From the sequence record MK250019.1: a DNA stretch of 64,000 bases, one strand, 5' to 3'. Position numbers and translations under genes: made by a program. Shown piece by piece: positions 1 to 11,593 of the stretch (its first letter is position 1; each line of letters starts with the position of its first letter). Under the pieces are notes generated by a model. That model worked only from the letters and a program-made list of their open reading frames with translations. It did no database searches and was not told where the DNA came from.

Positions 1-33
1 CATATTTTTAATTATTTTATTATGATATATTTA

Positions 34-3000
34 TTATGCAAGTACTAATAAGATAGGAGTTAATGTAGCTGATTTCCATGTTGCATAGAATGTAGTATCA
101 GCAGTAATAGGAGATGAATTACCAGATGTATTACCAGATGTTGCAGTGGAGGATGTTGCCCAACCATTAAATGTATAACCTGTTTTAACTGGTGTATATT
201 TTGTAAAGCTAACAGTACTTTTATCATGAACAGTTTCTGTTTTATTTGATGTGTCACCATTTATATTACCACCTTGAAGATTCCATGTTACAGTCCATCT
301 TTGTTGCCATAATGCATAATATGTAATTGAACTATTTATTGTAGCAGAACTACCAACATAGTTTCCACTAGGAGCAGCGCCCCATCCTTTAAAACTATAA
401 CCCGTACGTGTAGGATTATAATTTCCCAAATTAAATATTCCTTTTACATATGTAATATATGGACTTGATGAAGTATATGCTTTACCATTAACAGTTAATG
501 TACCGTTATTTGGATTAAGAGTTACTTTATATCCAGAAATAGTTAATACTGCATATACAGTTATATCTTTTGTTACCTATGTTGTTGATGTAGATAACAA
601 TACCCCGTTAGCAGGAAGCGTATACCAAGCCGCTGTATATCTTATAGTATCTCCACTATTTTTAATTGGATTTGCAAATTCAGCAGGTGCTGTTAACTAT
701 TTATATTGTGTACCATGTGTAACACTAGATGTTTTATTTTGTGTTGTATTATCTTTCCAAATTGCAATTGAAGCATTAGTATTTGCCCATGTTACCGTAT
801 ATGTATTAGCTGAACTTGTATATATAGCATAAAAATTAAAAGTTGAGCTTGTTGTAGTTAATGTATATGGAAATGTAACTACATTACCATTTGTAGTTAA
901 AGACCAACCTTTAAATTTATAAGTCGTTGTAGTATCTGCTGTTTTTGATGGACTTGATGAATATGCAGAAATAGAATCTCCATAATTTTTCTTTTCTGAT
1001 TTCTATGTAGAACCATCACTAAAAGTACCACCGTTTGAATTCCAATATACAGTTTTTTGAGTAACTGTATACATTGCATTAAATTGTATAGCAGTTGTAC
1101 CTAATGTAATACTTACAGGAAATTTTGTATAATATGTACTATTATAATACCATCCAAGAAATGTATTACCTGTTTTACTAGGAGTATTTTTATAACCTAT
1201 ATCAGATGGCTAACATTTAATCGCTCCAGGATTATGATAATCATATATTGCATTACTTGTTGATGTTCCGCCTGATGCTGGTGAAAGTTGTCCACCCGTT
1301 GGATCCCAAGAAACTTTTACATAACCAGTAGAAGCTGTGCTCCAACGAGCATATAAATTTATATCACCAGTTAATAAAGATCCACTTGTTACTGCAGTAC
1401 CTGTTGTTGTTGTTGAATAGTTACCAAGGAATACATATTTTAAATTACTACCTTCCGTCCATATAGGTGTTTCATCTGGTTTTAATTTGGTATATGGTGT
1501 ATCTTTACTAAATTTCTTTGTAATTGATTCATTACCAGTAGTTTTACTCCATTTTGCATATGTATTGTTTTTATGAAATGTCACTGTATATAATGTTGTA
1601 TTACCTGTTTGTGATGCTGTTGCAGTATCTGAATAAGTACTATATTTTCCAGTAAATGTATATGTTCTATTTTTTGTACTTGACTATATATTTGGTATAA
1701 TTGGGTTGTTACTACTAAAAGAGAATGCATGACTGGAAGATTCTCCTGAAATATAATATACTCCTGTAAATTTTGTTGAACTTGTTACATCAGTATTTGT
1801 AGGATTCGTACTTGTAGCACCGGATGTCCATGTTACATTAAATTTTTTTATTAATGTTGCGGTTAAAGTAGCAGAACCACCTTTATAGTCAAATGAAGTT
1901 GGACTTACTGAAACAGATAAGTTTGTACTTGTTGGATTTGATGCTTGTGTACCACTATTTCCCTATCTTGTTAATGTAATAGTTTTTGATGCTGTTAAAA
2001 ACTTACCATTTGAGTCTTTAACATCATGCTATCTTCCATTATATGTATGTTTTAAATTTTTAATATCAACTTTAAAATTTGTATACTAATTATCTGTAGC
2101 TTTTGGTGTAGTTCCTAATGAATTTGCAGTAAAAGATGTTGGTGTAAATGTATACATGGCTGTAGTTAAATCATTAAATGACCATGTAACTGTTTCTGTT
2201 ACTGTCTTATTTTCCATAGACGTATAAGTCCAGTCATAAGTACCTTTCAATGTACAGTCTGTTGCAGTTATAGTTTTACCAGATGCAGGAAAATGATAAC
2301 CAGATTTATCTTTAGTATAGCTATATTCTGTTATTTTCAGATTAGAATATATAAATGCTTTTGATTCATTTGGACCATCTAATTTCTATGAAACTGATAC
2401 TTCATTTGATGTTATACCATCATACGTTGTTTTGAACTTTATTGTTCTTGCTGAAGTAGATGCAGGAATTTTATATGATGTTCCTTTAGTTGATGAAACA
2501 CCAGTTATTCCAGTTATTGTATATGTCTAATTAGCATTAACTGCTTCAGGACCTTGATTTGCATCACTTCCACCACCAGATGTTGAACCAGATGTATACT
2601 AATAAACAACTTTATTTAATGTATACTTTCTCTATAATGTAAATGTTACAGTTCCTCCTGAACTATATACTGTTGTAGGACTTACAGATAATATTACGCT
2701 GGTGGTTTTCTTTGATTCTGGTGTTTTAATTGTCTTAGTGTTTGCTGCTTGCTTAACTGTAAAACTAGGATGTGTTAATGTAACTCCATCAATTGTTGTT
2801 TGTTTCTGTGTTGTACCTCCTGCTGCTATAGTTTTAACATCAGTGACACCAGATTCTGTAGTGCCTTTTGTTGTAGCACTTACTGTAGAAAAGGTTATAT
2901 TTTCTGTTACATTTTCTGTTTCACCTGTATTATATGTTTTCCTGAAAGTTAATGTACCCGAACTTATATTTCCTCCGCTTGCAGGAATTAAATTTGTAGT

Positions 3001-3486
3001 AATACTTGCATTATCTAATTTAGTTACATACTTATCACGTTTTGTTTGCGTTACAGTAACTGTTATAGAATAGCTTCCAGTTTCATCTGTATATTGTGCA
3101 GTATCTGTATATGTTCTGTCAGATGTTGCATTATCACGTTTTCCAAAAGTAAATGTAAATCCATCTTCTTTATTTCCTGTTGTATTTACTCTACAATCAG
3201 ATGCTATTCCGCTAAATGATGGTATCAAATAATGTTTTTCAGTAACATGTGATATAACAAATCCTTCTCTAACTGTATTAGTTCTTTCAACCCAACATTT
3301 ACAGTTGACTGTTGTTCCACCTTCCCATGATATAGATGGTATTGTTTGAGGCTCTTTATGTGTAGTCCATTTTCCATATGAAACTGTTTTCTTTACATAG
3401 AAACGTCTGGAAGTTTTCTGACCTTCCCAACACACACGTTGTTTTTTCTATACATCAACCGCTTTATTATTATTTTTTATAATCAT
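34..3486 (-). CDS. Large Thr/Ser-rich adhesin or fibre-like protein with Ig-like and Listeria-Bacteroides (InlB B-type) repeats, 1150 aa with TAG=Gln
   Basis: ATG at 3486; track ORFs 2632-3435, 1210-1584 and 34-429 share one frame, separated by TAG, ending at TAA 34-36; repeats of the type TRTGYSFKGW..YYALW and VKTGYTFNGW..FYATW. Confidence 0.75.
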
Positions 3487-3509
3487 GTTTATTAATAAAT
3501 AATCAATTT

Positions 3510-4526
3510 TTAGAACTAATCTTTATAAGCATTGTATGTTGCTATAATATCTTTCAAATGAATAGTTGGGAATTTTTGTAGTTTTCTTAATATATTAATA
3601 AAATCTTCTTTACTACTCATATTAATACGATAACTACCATATCTTCCATATTGACGTGTATAAGTTTTATTATATATTTTACGTCCTAATATAATAGTTA
3701 ATAATATGTCATCATTAAACTATAATTGTAAATCTTTTATATTTCTATTCTTCGCACATATAAATAAAGCTGCTAATCGTGCAACCATCTTATCTGCCTT
3801 TGTAATCTTATCAAAACCACTGAAATTTCTTGTATCTATACATTTATTCATACGGTCAATATCTTTCTGAACTACTTTATATACTTTTCCTGTACATGTT
3901 AATTCATCTGTAATTCTCTATGTATTAAATACTTGTTCAACAGATTCCATTAATACTTCACCTATCTATTTTTGATACTCATTAATATCAAAATATGTCT
4001 TATTATAAGATTCAATAAATTTATTAACTGGTGCAGTATAAGAAGAACTTTGATTAATACGTAAAACTATTTTATCATTAACATCAGGAAATTTAACACA
4101 CCATGCACGAAATTCTCTAGATTTATTTCTATATACTGCTTCGTATGGAATTATATAAATTTCAAATGTGAAACTACCACCAATAACACATTTAAAATAA
4201 CAACTGTTCGCCCTTTGAACTGATATATTACGTTGTTCATTATTAAACTAATCACAATCAATAGTAAAAGGAAGTTCGCTATGTTTCTGAACAGCATACA
4301 TTATATCAGTAATAGTATCTAATACATTATTAACAAGATCGTATTTATTGATGAAATATTCATTTACTTCATCTATATTATCACATTGTGCTAATGATGT
4401 AATTTTGACATTATCATTAATCATTTGAGAAACTTCCTATGTATCAGAATCTGTATCATCAACATATATATCATTGAAATCATCATCAAATAAACTTTCG
4501 AGTAATTTCTTTATATTCTTATTCAT
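3510..4526 (-). CDS. Hypothetical protein with MNKxIKKLLESLFDD acidic leader (338 aa, TAG=Gln)
   Basis: ATG 4526 gives MNKNIKKLLESLFDDDFNDIY; the only stops seen before TAA 3510 are TAG; absent from the standard-code track. Confidence 0.7.
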
Positions 4527-4600
4527 ATAATAATTAAAATGTATTTTATTATTTATTTTTAGATAATAATTCATGAAATATTTTTTTAATTAAAATATTA

Positions 4601-4612
4601 TATGTATCTTTG
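4601..4612 (+). promoter_or_regulatory. Bacteroidetes sigma70-type -7 promoter element (TAnnTTTG)
   Basis: TATGTATCTTTG, identical core at 9080, 11562 and 12665, each at the start of a + strand unit. Confidence 0.75.
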
Positions 4613-4642
4613 AGTCACATAATAATTAATGAATAATATAAT

Positions 4643-5017
4643 ATGGTATTAAATATAGACGATTTTGAAGTATTGAAATTTTATGGGTATACAAGTCTAA
4701 TACCTATAAATGCTCGTATTAATGAAGTGTCATCAATAGATGATAATCCTTGTGAACAGCTTCGTTATAAAAAGTTAGAATCCTTTTATAATAAGGTAAT
4801 TGAAAAAGCAAAGGAAAAATGTACAAATAAAAGTTTTCAGTATTGTCATTTTGAAGATAATAAATGTGTATTTTGTTTATCACATATTAAAACAGGTCAT
4901 ATTATCTATATAGGTAAATATGATTTTGAAATATCGATTGGTCTTGATTTTAAACAGCGTTTTGGTCCATCATATAATTTCTTATTTAATAAAGAATCAT
5001 ATAAGAATGAAGAGTAA
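4643..5017 (+). CDS. Hypothetical protein
   Basis: 124-aa ORF directly downstream of promoter, TAA stop. Confidence 0.6.
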   Translation: MVLNIDDFEVLKFYGYTSLIPINARINEVSSIDDNPCEQLRYKKLESFYNKVIEKAKEKCTNKSFQYCHFEDNKCVFCLSHIKTGHIIYIGKYDFEISIGLDFKQRFGPSYNFLFNKESYKNEE

Positions 5018-5147
5018 AAAATTTTTATCTAATTTAAATAATATAGAAACTTGCAAGAATTCATTGGTATTTCTTGCTATGGTATTTCTTATTATTTTAA
5101 CATATGCAGGTATCATATGGTTTTCAGATTATTTGAATAATTATTAA
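5007..5147 (+). CDS. Small membrane protein
   Basis: ATG 5007 overlaps upstream stop; hydrophobic segment LVFLAMVFLIILTYAGIIWF. Confidence 0.5.
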   Translation: MKSKKFLSNLNNIETCKNSLVFLAMVFLIILTYAGIIWFSDYLNNY

Positions 5148-5159
5148 AATTAAATACGT

Positions 5160-5492
5160 ATGGTTATACATAAAGCAGAAAAATGTAATATTAATAATGT
5201 ATCAGAGAATAAAATACATGATAGTACATCAGGTTATAATAGTTTAATTATATTTTTTATCATTACTGTAATTACGGCAGTTGTATATGCAATAACAGTT
5301 TATCCTGCTGCATGTTCAAGAGAATCTGTAATTACAAATAAAGATACAGAAACAAAATTTAAAATGATATTGAGAGACAAATATATTGATAATGTATTTC
5401 TTGAAAATATTAGTCAAAATTCATGGAATTCATTAGATGTATATGATTCAAATATGAAATCTCATAAAATTATTTGGAAAGAAGTAAAATAA
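5160..5492 (+). CDS. Hypothetical single-pass membrane protein
   Basis: 110 aa, TM segment LIIFFIITVITAVVYAITVY, operon position. Confidence 0.55.
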   Translation: MVIHKAEKCNINNVSENKIHDSTSGYNSLIIFFIITVITAVVYAITVYPAACSRESVITNKDTETKFKMILRDKYIDNVFLENISQNSWNSLDVYDSNMKSHKIIWKEVK

Positions 5493-5546
5493 TAAAGTAA
5501 AAAGAAAATATATTTAATAACTATTAATTTTAATAAAAAATAAAAA

Positions 5547-7616
5547 ATGAAGAATTTTATTTTGTGTTTGCTCATTTCATTTGTGAGCGTTTTTAATTCT
5601 TATGCAGACACTGTAACAGATACATTGACTGCATTGAAGTTGAAGGAAGTTACCGTAACTTCTTTGTATCGAAATAATGTACAGACTGGTAGTATGATTA
5701 ATACATCTTCTATTAAGATGATGAATCATGGTCAGGGTACAGATTATGTACTTTCTACATTGCCTAATATTTATGCATATAATGATAATGGTACGCAAAT
5801 GGGTTATTGTTATTTCCGTATGCGTGGTATGGGTCAGGAACGTATGAATGTTACATTGGATGGAATGCCTTGGAATGAAGCTGAAGATTTTGGTTGTTAT
5901 TTCAGTAATTCTCCTGATCTTATGTCTAGTTTGCATTCTATTAAGGTAGAAAAAGGTGCATCAGTAACTAATAACGGTACAGCTGCATATGCTGGTAATG
6001 TTTCTCTGGAATCAGTAGATTTGAGAAAAGATACAGATTCATGGTTTGATATTGGTTATGGTTCATTTAATTCATCACGTGTAAGTGGCGTTTATAATAT
6101 GGGATTGAAGAACCATTGGGGATTGCATGTTCGTGCAACATCACAGCAAACTGATGGCTATAAGGAAAATACATATAATAATTCAAAGTCAATTACACTT
6201 AAGACTGGTTATTTCTTTAATGATAAGCATTCGCTTGATTTCTTGACAATGACTGGTTATCATCGTAATGGTCAAGGTTTTATGGGTCTTACAGAAGATA
6301 TGATTCCTAAGCATCCTACACCATTTAAGCAAATGAAGTCTGGTAATCGTCAGCAGGAAACAGATGATTTCTTGACAACTTATAATAGATTTCAATACAA
6401 GGGAATTCTATCAGATAAGGTATTCTTGTCATCATCATTGTATTGGCAACATCAGACAGGTAATTATCGTATTGGATGGGATGATCCTTCACGACCTACT
6501 GGAAGTGTATTGAATAATTATCATCTTAATTATAATCTTACAGGATTTAACACAGTAATTAAGTATTATCCAGCTAATAATCTTTCACTTACAACTGGAG
6601 TAAATGCATATGTTTATCATAGACGTCATAAGGGATATGATATTGCAAACTCTGATAGTATTATTACAGCATGGAAGAATCCAGGACTTACTCCTTATTA
6701 TGATAATGCAGGAACAAAACCAGATGTAAATGTATTTGCAAATGTAAAGTATCAACCAATTAATAAGTTTACTATTGATGCTGCACTTCAATATCGTTAT
6801 ACATCACTTCATTATCGTGTAAATACACCAGCTATTGGTATTAATGGTGATTCTGATTTCAATCATGACTGGAATTTTATGAATTACAGTTTTGGACTTA
6901 CATATGATATTGATAAGTATTCAAAGGTATATGCACGTTATGCAGTCACAAACCGTGAGCCTTCCAGAACTGATATGTTCGGAGGTGAATATCGTACAGA
7001 TGAATCTGAAATGAATACAAAGTCAGAGCGCGTACATGATGTTGAACTTGGTTATGAAATTCGTAATAATAAGATTAATTTCAATATTAACGGTTTTTAT
7101 ATGAATTTTAGTAATGAACTTGTTGCAACAGGTGAACTTTCATCAATGAATGGTCTTCCTCTCCATAAGCAGCATGATTCATATCGACTTGGTTTGGAAC
7201 TTGCGATGGATTATAATCCTGTTAATACATTGCATCTTATTGCAAATGCTTCATGGTCAGAGAATAAGTTGAAGAACATTAATGGAAAGGAAATGAATCA
7301 TACATTCTCACCATCATCTACATTGTTTGCTGAAGCAAATTATACAGTTAATAAGATTAAGTTCGGTGTAAATACAAATTTCCGTTCATCTATGTATATG
7401 GATATTTATAATAATCATCAGCTTAAGGAAAACCTTACACTTAATGCATATGTTAATGCACGAGTATCAAAGATTGTAGAACTTAGTTTGAATCTTAATA
7501 ATATTACGAATCGTTTGAATTTCTCTAACGGATCAGTTGATATTCCATCAGATACAGCATATTATTTGGTTGATTCACCATTTAATATGTTTGCGACAGC
7601 TAAGTTTCACTTTTAA
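5547..7616 (+). CDS. TonB-dependent outer-membrane receptor (vitamin-receptor-like)
   Basis: Signal peptide, TonB-box-like LKEVTVTS, plug motif MRGMGQERMNVTLDGMPWNE..IKVEKGA..G.VSL, beta-barrel pattern, C-terminal Phe (AKFHF). Confidence 0.9.
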   Translation: MKNFILCLLISFVSVFNSYADTVTDTLTALKLKEVTVTSLYRNNVQTGSMINTSSIKMMNHGQGTDYVLSTLPNIYAYNDNGTQMGYCYFRMRGMGQERMNVTLDGMPWNEAEDFGCYFSNSPDLMSSLHSIKVEKGASVTNNGTAAYAGNVSLESVDLRKDTDSWFDIGYGSFNSSRVSGVYNMGLKNHWGLHVRATSQQTDGYKENTYNNSKSITLKTGYFFNDKHSLDFLTMTGYHRNGQGFMGLTEDMIPKHPTPFKQMKSGNRQQETDDFLTTYNRFQYKGILSDKVFLSSSLYWQHQTGNYRIGWDDPSRPTGSVLNNYHLNYNLTGFNTVIKYYPANNLSLTTGVNAYVYHRRHKGYDIANSDSIITAWKNPGLTPYYDNAGTKPDVNVFANVKYQPINKFTIDAALQYRYTSLHYRVNTPAIGINGDSDFNHDWNFMNYSFGLTYDIDKYSKVYARYAVTNREPSRTDMFGGEYRTDESEMNTKSERVHDVELGYEIRNNKINFNINGFYMNFSNELVATGELSSMNGLPLHKQHDSYRLGLELAMDYNPVNTLHLIANASWSENKLKNINGKEMNHTFSPSSTLFAEANYTVNKIKFGVNTNFRSSMYMDIYNNHQLKENLTLNAYVNARVSKIVELSLNLNNITNRLNFSNGSVDIPSDTAYYLVDSPFNMFATAKFHF

Positions 7617-7621
7617 ATAAA

Positions 7622-7660
7622 AATGGGTGATTAAATATTTCTGATATTTAATCACCCATT
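7622..7660. terminator. Intrinsic terminator hairpin
   Basis: Perfect 17-bp stem AATGGGTGATTAAATAT/ATATTTAATCACCCATT directly after the TBDR stop. Confidence 0.8.
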
Positions 7661-7695
7661 AATTATTTCATATTTATCAATAATTATAAATTAAT

Positions 7696-7703
7696 TATAA
7701 ATA
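7696..7703 (+). promoter_or_regulatory. Putative T4-like late promoter TATAAATA
   Basis: Exact T4 late consensus upstream of a TAG-rich gene; same motif at 16256, 19411, 28970 and near 58716; chance matches are likely in AT-rich DNA. Confidence 0.45.
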
Positions 7704-7740
7704 AGATAATGAAAATATAAAGAATGATTTATTTAGAAAA

Positions 7741-9018
7741 ATGAGTAAATGGAAATTAAATGAAAATAGTATAAACGAATTTTTATGGACATGTGCAGGT
7801 GTTAATAAGAATATATTAAGATTATATCCGAGTGAATATGCAAAATATGCAGGTAGTGGAGGAACTATTTTATTTACTGCTATGATGGCATTTATATCAG
7901 GTAGTTATGCAATGTTTTTTGTATTCAGTAATGCTATATTATCACTGATCTTTGGTATATTCTGGGCATTACTTATATTTAACCTTGACAGATTTATTGT
8001 TAATTCAATGCATACTGATGGTAAAGACACATTAAGTTGGAAAAAAATTCAAACGGCAATGCCACGTATAATTATGGCTATATTTTTAGGTATTGTTATT
8101 TCAACACCACTTGAAATGAAGATATTTAATGATAGAATAGAATCATAGTTACTAAAAGATAATATAGAACGAATAAATTCAGCAAAGAATGAATCATCAG
8201 ATTATAAGACAATATCATTATTACAAGCAGAATAGAACCAATTGACAAAAGATCGAAAACAATTGGTAGATGATTTACAGAAAGCATAGAAAGAACTGAA
8301 GGAAGAAGCAGAAGGAAATGCATTATCTGGTATTGCAGGGCATGGAACTATATATAGAGATAAAGAAACATATGTTAATCAATGTAAACAATCATTATAG
8401 GAATGGGATCTTCTTCATAAAGAACGGTTGACAACTGTATAGAAACGTATTGATGAAGTTAATAAACATATTGAAAAATTTGAAGGTAAAATAGACGGGT
8501 TAAGAGAAGATGGTTTCAGTGCAAGGTATGAAGCTTTTTCAAATCTTAAAGAAGCAAATAATTCATTAGCGATGGTATCATTCATGATAACAATGTTATT
8601 CATTATTATAGAAGTTACACCTACATTTTTTAAACTTATTATGACATCAGGACCATATGAAGAACATTTATAGATAGAAAATTATAAAATAACTGCATAT
8701 GTTACTAAAGAGAAAAATGGTATTGATACAGAATTAAAAATAGATGATTATAATAATAAAGAAAAATTAAAAGCTGTTATTAAACAAGATGAACCTATTA
8801 TTGATGTAACAGATGTATCAGTAAAACCAATTGTATATTCGGCTATATAGCCGTTAACATTAGAATCCGAGCAAGAACCTGAAGAAGTTCCATATATGAA
8901 GTCTAATACATCTATTATAACAACACCTGTTGCAACAAAGAAATTAGAATTTAAGAAAAATGAGAAAGGACAAATTATGTTAGATTTCTCATCAAGACCT
9001 AAAAAATTAAATAAATGA
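7741..9018 (+). CDS. DUF4407-like membrane/coiled-coil protein (425 aa, 7 in-frame TAG)
   Basis: Read codon by codon: TAG at 8146, 8233, 8287, 8398, 8440, 8671, 8848, TGA at 9016; motifs LIFNLDRFIV, PRIIMAIFLGIVISTPLE, GIAGHGTIY, IEVTPTFFKL. Confidence 0.8.
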
Positions 9019-9027
9019 AATAAAAAT

Positions 9028-9066
9028 AATATCCATTAAGAAAAAAAACTTAGTGGATATTTTTTT
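9028..9066 (+). terminator. Intrinsic terminator
   Basis: AATATCCATTAAG/CTTAGTGGATATT stem plus T tract. Confidence 0.75.
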
Positions 9067-9079
9067 ATATAAAGAATTA

Positions 9080-9091
9080 TATGTATCTTTG
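9080..9091 (+). promoter_or_regulatory. Bacteroidetes-type -7 promoter element
   Basis: TATGTATCTTTG. Confidence 0.75.
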
Positions 9092-9127
9092 TATTGTAAT
9101 TAAATAACAATTTAAATAATAAAGAAT

Positions 9128-10135
9128 ATGAGTGAATTAATGTTTAAGAGTAAGAATGTAACACCACAGTTGAATACTTATGTTATTAAGGTAACAGGTA
9201 AGTATAATGATCATCTACCATGGGAAACAAATATTATTAATGTAGAGGCAGATCGCATGAATAATTTTGTGTTGTTATTTCTTGCATATGTTGGTAACAG
9301 AAATTGGCAGCATAAATGGAAGAATTCTACATTCGGCGAGAATTTTAAGAAGGGACCACTGCAGACATATCTAGGTGCTTTTACCGAAGATACACATTAT
9401 CCATGTATGGACCTTATGTGGAATGATGTTGTTTCAGTCAACATTAATTATGTTAATAATAACGGTACATACATTTTGTGTGAACTGCCTGATGTAGAAG
9501 AATTGTATGATACTGAGGAGGATTTCCTTAAGGAACTTAAGTCACAGTTTGATGAATTTAATAAGAATGATCCTCGTGATGTTTATGAAGATGAAGGAAT
9601 TGAGATTGTTGATTCATATGAGCTTGAGCTTGTAAGAAATGTTCTTCGTTCTACTGGTAAGTGGGATAATGATGAAATTGATAATCTGTTTTGGGTTGAT
9701 CGTGAGATTGGTTTTAGTTCATTGGTTGCACGTACTTCTACAGATGAAAATATTCTTAAAGTATGTAAGCAGGAACATGCTAAGAGTGCAACAGGTGTTG
9801 AGTATAATGGATTTAAACCAGAAACACTCGAAAAGATTAAGACCGCTATTAGTGGAACAAATCTTCCAGAGGAAACTAAGACATTTGTAATTGACATTTG
9901 TTCTAAGTATAATTCAAAGAATATGTTGAGTGAATCTGAGAAGGAAGATCTTAAGAATATCATGGAAACATATAATTTGGTAAATTATTCATATGGATGG
10001 ATTGGCCCAGATGGTTGGAGTGGTATTTACCTTGAGCATGTGATAGATCCAGAGATGATTGATTTCGATGATTATTCAGAGAATTCAGTTATTAAGTATG
10101 AGGGTGAAACATATATTATTCATGAAGGAGATTAA
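9128..10135 (+). CDS. Hypothetical protein
   Basis: 335-aa ORF with phage-typical codon use, no TAG. Confidence 0.75.
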   Translation: MSELMFKSKNVTPQLNTYVIKVTGKYNDHLPWETNIINVEADRMNNFVLLFLAYVGNRNWQHKWKNSTFGENFKKGPLQTYLGAFTEDTHYPCMDLMWNDVVSVNINYVNNNGTYILCELPDVEELYDTEEDFLKELKSQFDEFNKNDPRDVYEDEGIEIVDSYELELVRNVLRSTGKWDNDEIDNLFWVDREIGFSSLVARTSTDENILKVCKQEHAKSATGVEYNGFKPETLEKIKTAISGTNLPEETKTFVIDICSKYNSKNMLSESEKEDLKNIMETYNLVNYSYGWIGPDGWSGIYLEHVIDPEMIDFDDYSENSVIKYEGETYIIHEGD

Positions 10136-10138
10136 TTT

Positions 10139-10561
10139 ATGTTAATTATTCTATCAATAGTATTAATTATTGTAGGATTATTTCTTGGAATTTTAATAGG
10201 TACTTTAGGATCATTTGGTGATTCTGAAATACCTATTAAAGAAGATAAAATAATCAAGAGATGTTTGTTATTTAATATAGCATCTCGGTGTGATAAAATT
10301 ATACTTGTATGTTGTACACCATTCGGATGGTTAGGAATTCTTTTATTATTTGTATGTTGTTTTGTATTTCAACATATTATAGGAATTATGTTTATTAGTC
10401 CTTTACCTATGATGGAATTTCTTAATACATTTGAAGACAAAATATATAGTTTTGCACTACTATATTTAGTACCTATGTTTGGTGGTTATTTTATAGGTTA
10501 TAATTATATGAATAATTTTATTAAACGAATAGAAAAAGAAGAACATGAAGAAAGGAACTAA
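10139..10561 (+). CDS. Hypothetical multi-pass membrane protein
   Basis: 140 aa, three to four hydrophobic segments. Confidence 0.65.
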   Translation: MLIILSIVLIIVGLFLGILIGTLGSFGDSEIPIKEDKIIKRCLLFNIASRCDKIILVCCTPFGWLGILLLFVCCFVFQHIIGIMFISPLPMMEFLNTFEDKIYSFALLYLVPMFGGYFIGYNYMNNFIKRIEKEEHEERN

Positions 10562-11039
10562 ATTTTATGTTATATTAGGTTATAATACAGAAACAGAAGC
10601 CTGGTATGGATATGTAGAAAATTCTTTTTCTATGGGTGCAGATAAAAATAGAATTAGAACATTTTCTACATGTAGAGCAGATTATCCTTGGAAAGATAGA
10701 TCATTTTCAGAGAGAAAACGAATAGCGAAAGCATATTTGAAGAAACATGGTTATAGATGTAATTATGCTCGTGATTATATTATAGATGCAAAGATGAATC
10801 CTAATTCACCAAATCAATGGATTTATTTTTATTTGCGAGATATTGTAGACAATCTTAATAAAAAACATTATAATAATTGTTATTGGAAAGTATATAGAGT
10901 AAATTCTAAGTTTTGTCCTATTAATGTAAATATGAATGAATATTACAAAACATTAGTAAATAAGAAATTTAGGAAGTCTCTTGACAAATTTCAATTAAGA
11001 AATCAAGAATTTTCTGTAAAGGAAGTTTCAAAAGATTAA
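10545..11039 (+). CDS. Hypothetical basic protein
   Basis: 164-aa ORF overlapping upstream stop. Confidence 0.65.
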   Translation: MKKGTKFYVILGYNTETEAWYGYVENSFSMGADKNRIRTFSTCRADYPWKDRSFSERKRIAKAYLKKHGYRCNYARDYIIDAKMNPNSPNQWIYFYLRDIVDNLNKKHYNNCYWKVYRVNSKFCPINVNMNEYYKTLVNKKFRKSLDKFQLRNQEFSVKEVSKD

Positions 11040-11047
11040 AAATATAT

Positions 11048-11300
11048 CGGTACGGCTCTAAAGGAGAGAGCATCATTTATGATTAATGATGACGAAGATT
11101 TGTTCGTAAGTTAATCTTTACTAAGAGAATATACAATATTTAGTTATATAGAAGTAATTTAATTGTTATAATGCGAATACAATTTTATATGAAACTATAT
11201 ATGTCATTTATGAGATTATAGTGAAGAATAGCATTTACAGTAACTATAATAAGATGATATAAACAATATAACTTCTGTGGTTCGATTCCACACGTACTGA
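11048..11300 (+). ncRNA. tRNA-like RNA with about 190-nt structured insert
   Basis: Acceptor CGGTACG/CGTACTG+A, D-like hairpin GCTC..GAGC, stem CATCATT/AATGATG, canonical T arm TGTGG-TTCGATT-CCACA at 11276-11292. Confidence 0.6.
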
Positions 11301-11319
11301 CTAATAAACATATAACATT

Positions 11320-11538
11320 ATGAAAGAAGAAATTAAATTCTTAGGTAAAACACCAAGAGAAATTGCAGAACGTTACTTCAATAAATCATATGAAGGTAAA
11401 GAACGATATGATATTTTAGTTGAAGGCTTTATTGAGGGATTTAATTATCTATTTCCTCATTATGATATAGCTAATACTTTGGTTGAAACATTTGAACGAA
11501 TTAAAGAATTAGAAAATAAAGATAAAAAAGATTCATAA
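11320..11538 (+). CDS. Hypothetical protein
   Basis: 72-aa ORF, TAA stop. Confidence 0.6.
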   Translation: MKEEIKFLGKTPREIAERYFNKSYEGKERYDILVEGFIEGFNYLFPHYDIANTLVETFERIKELENKDKKDS

Positions 11539-11561
11539 TTATTTTTTTATTTGAAATAAAA

Positions 11562-11573
11562 TATGTATCTTTG
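11562..11573 (+). promoter_or_regulatory. Bacteroidetes-type -7 promoter driving a non-coding unit
   Basis: TATGTATCTTTG followed by about 1 kb with no credible + strand ORF. Confidence 0.7.
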
Positions 11574-11593
11574 TATTGTAAATAATGAACACC

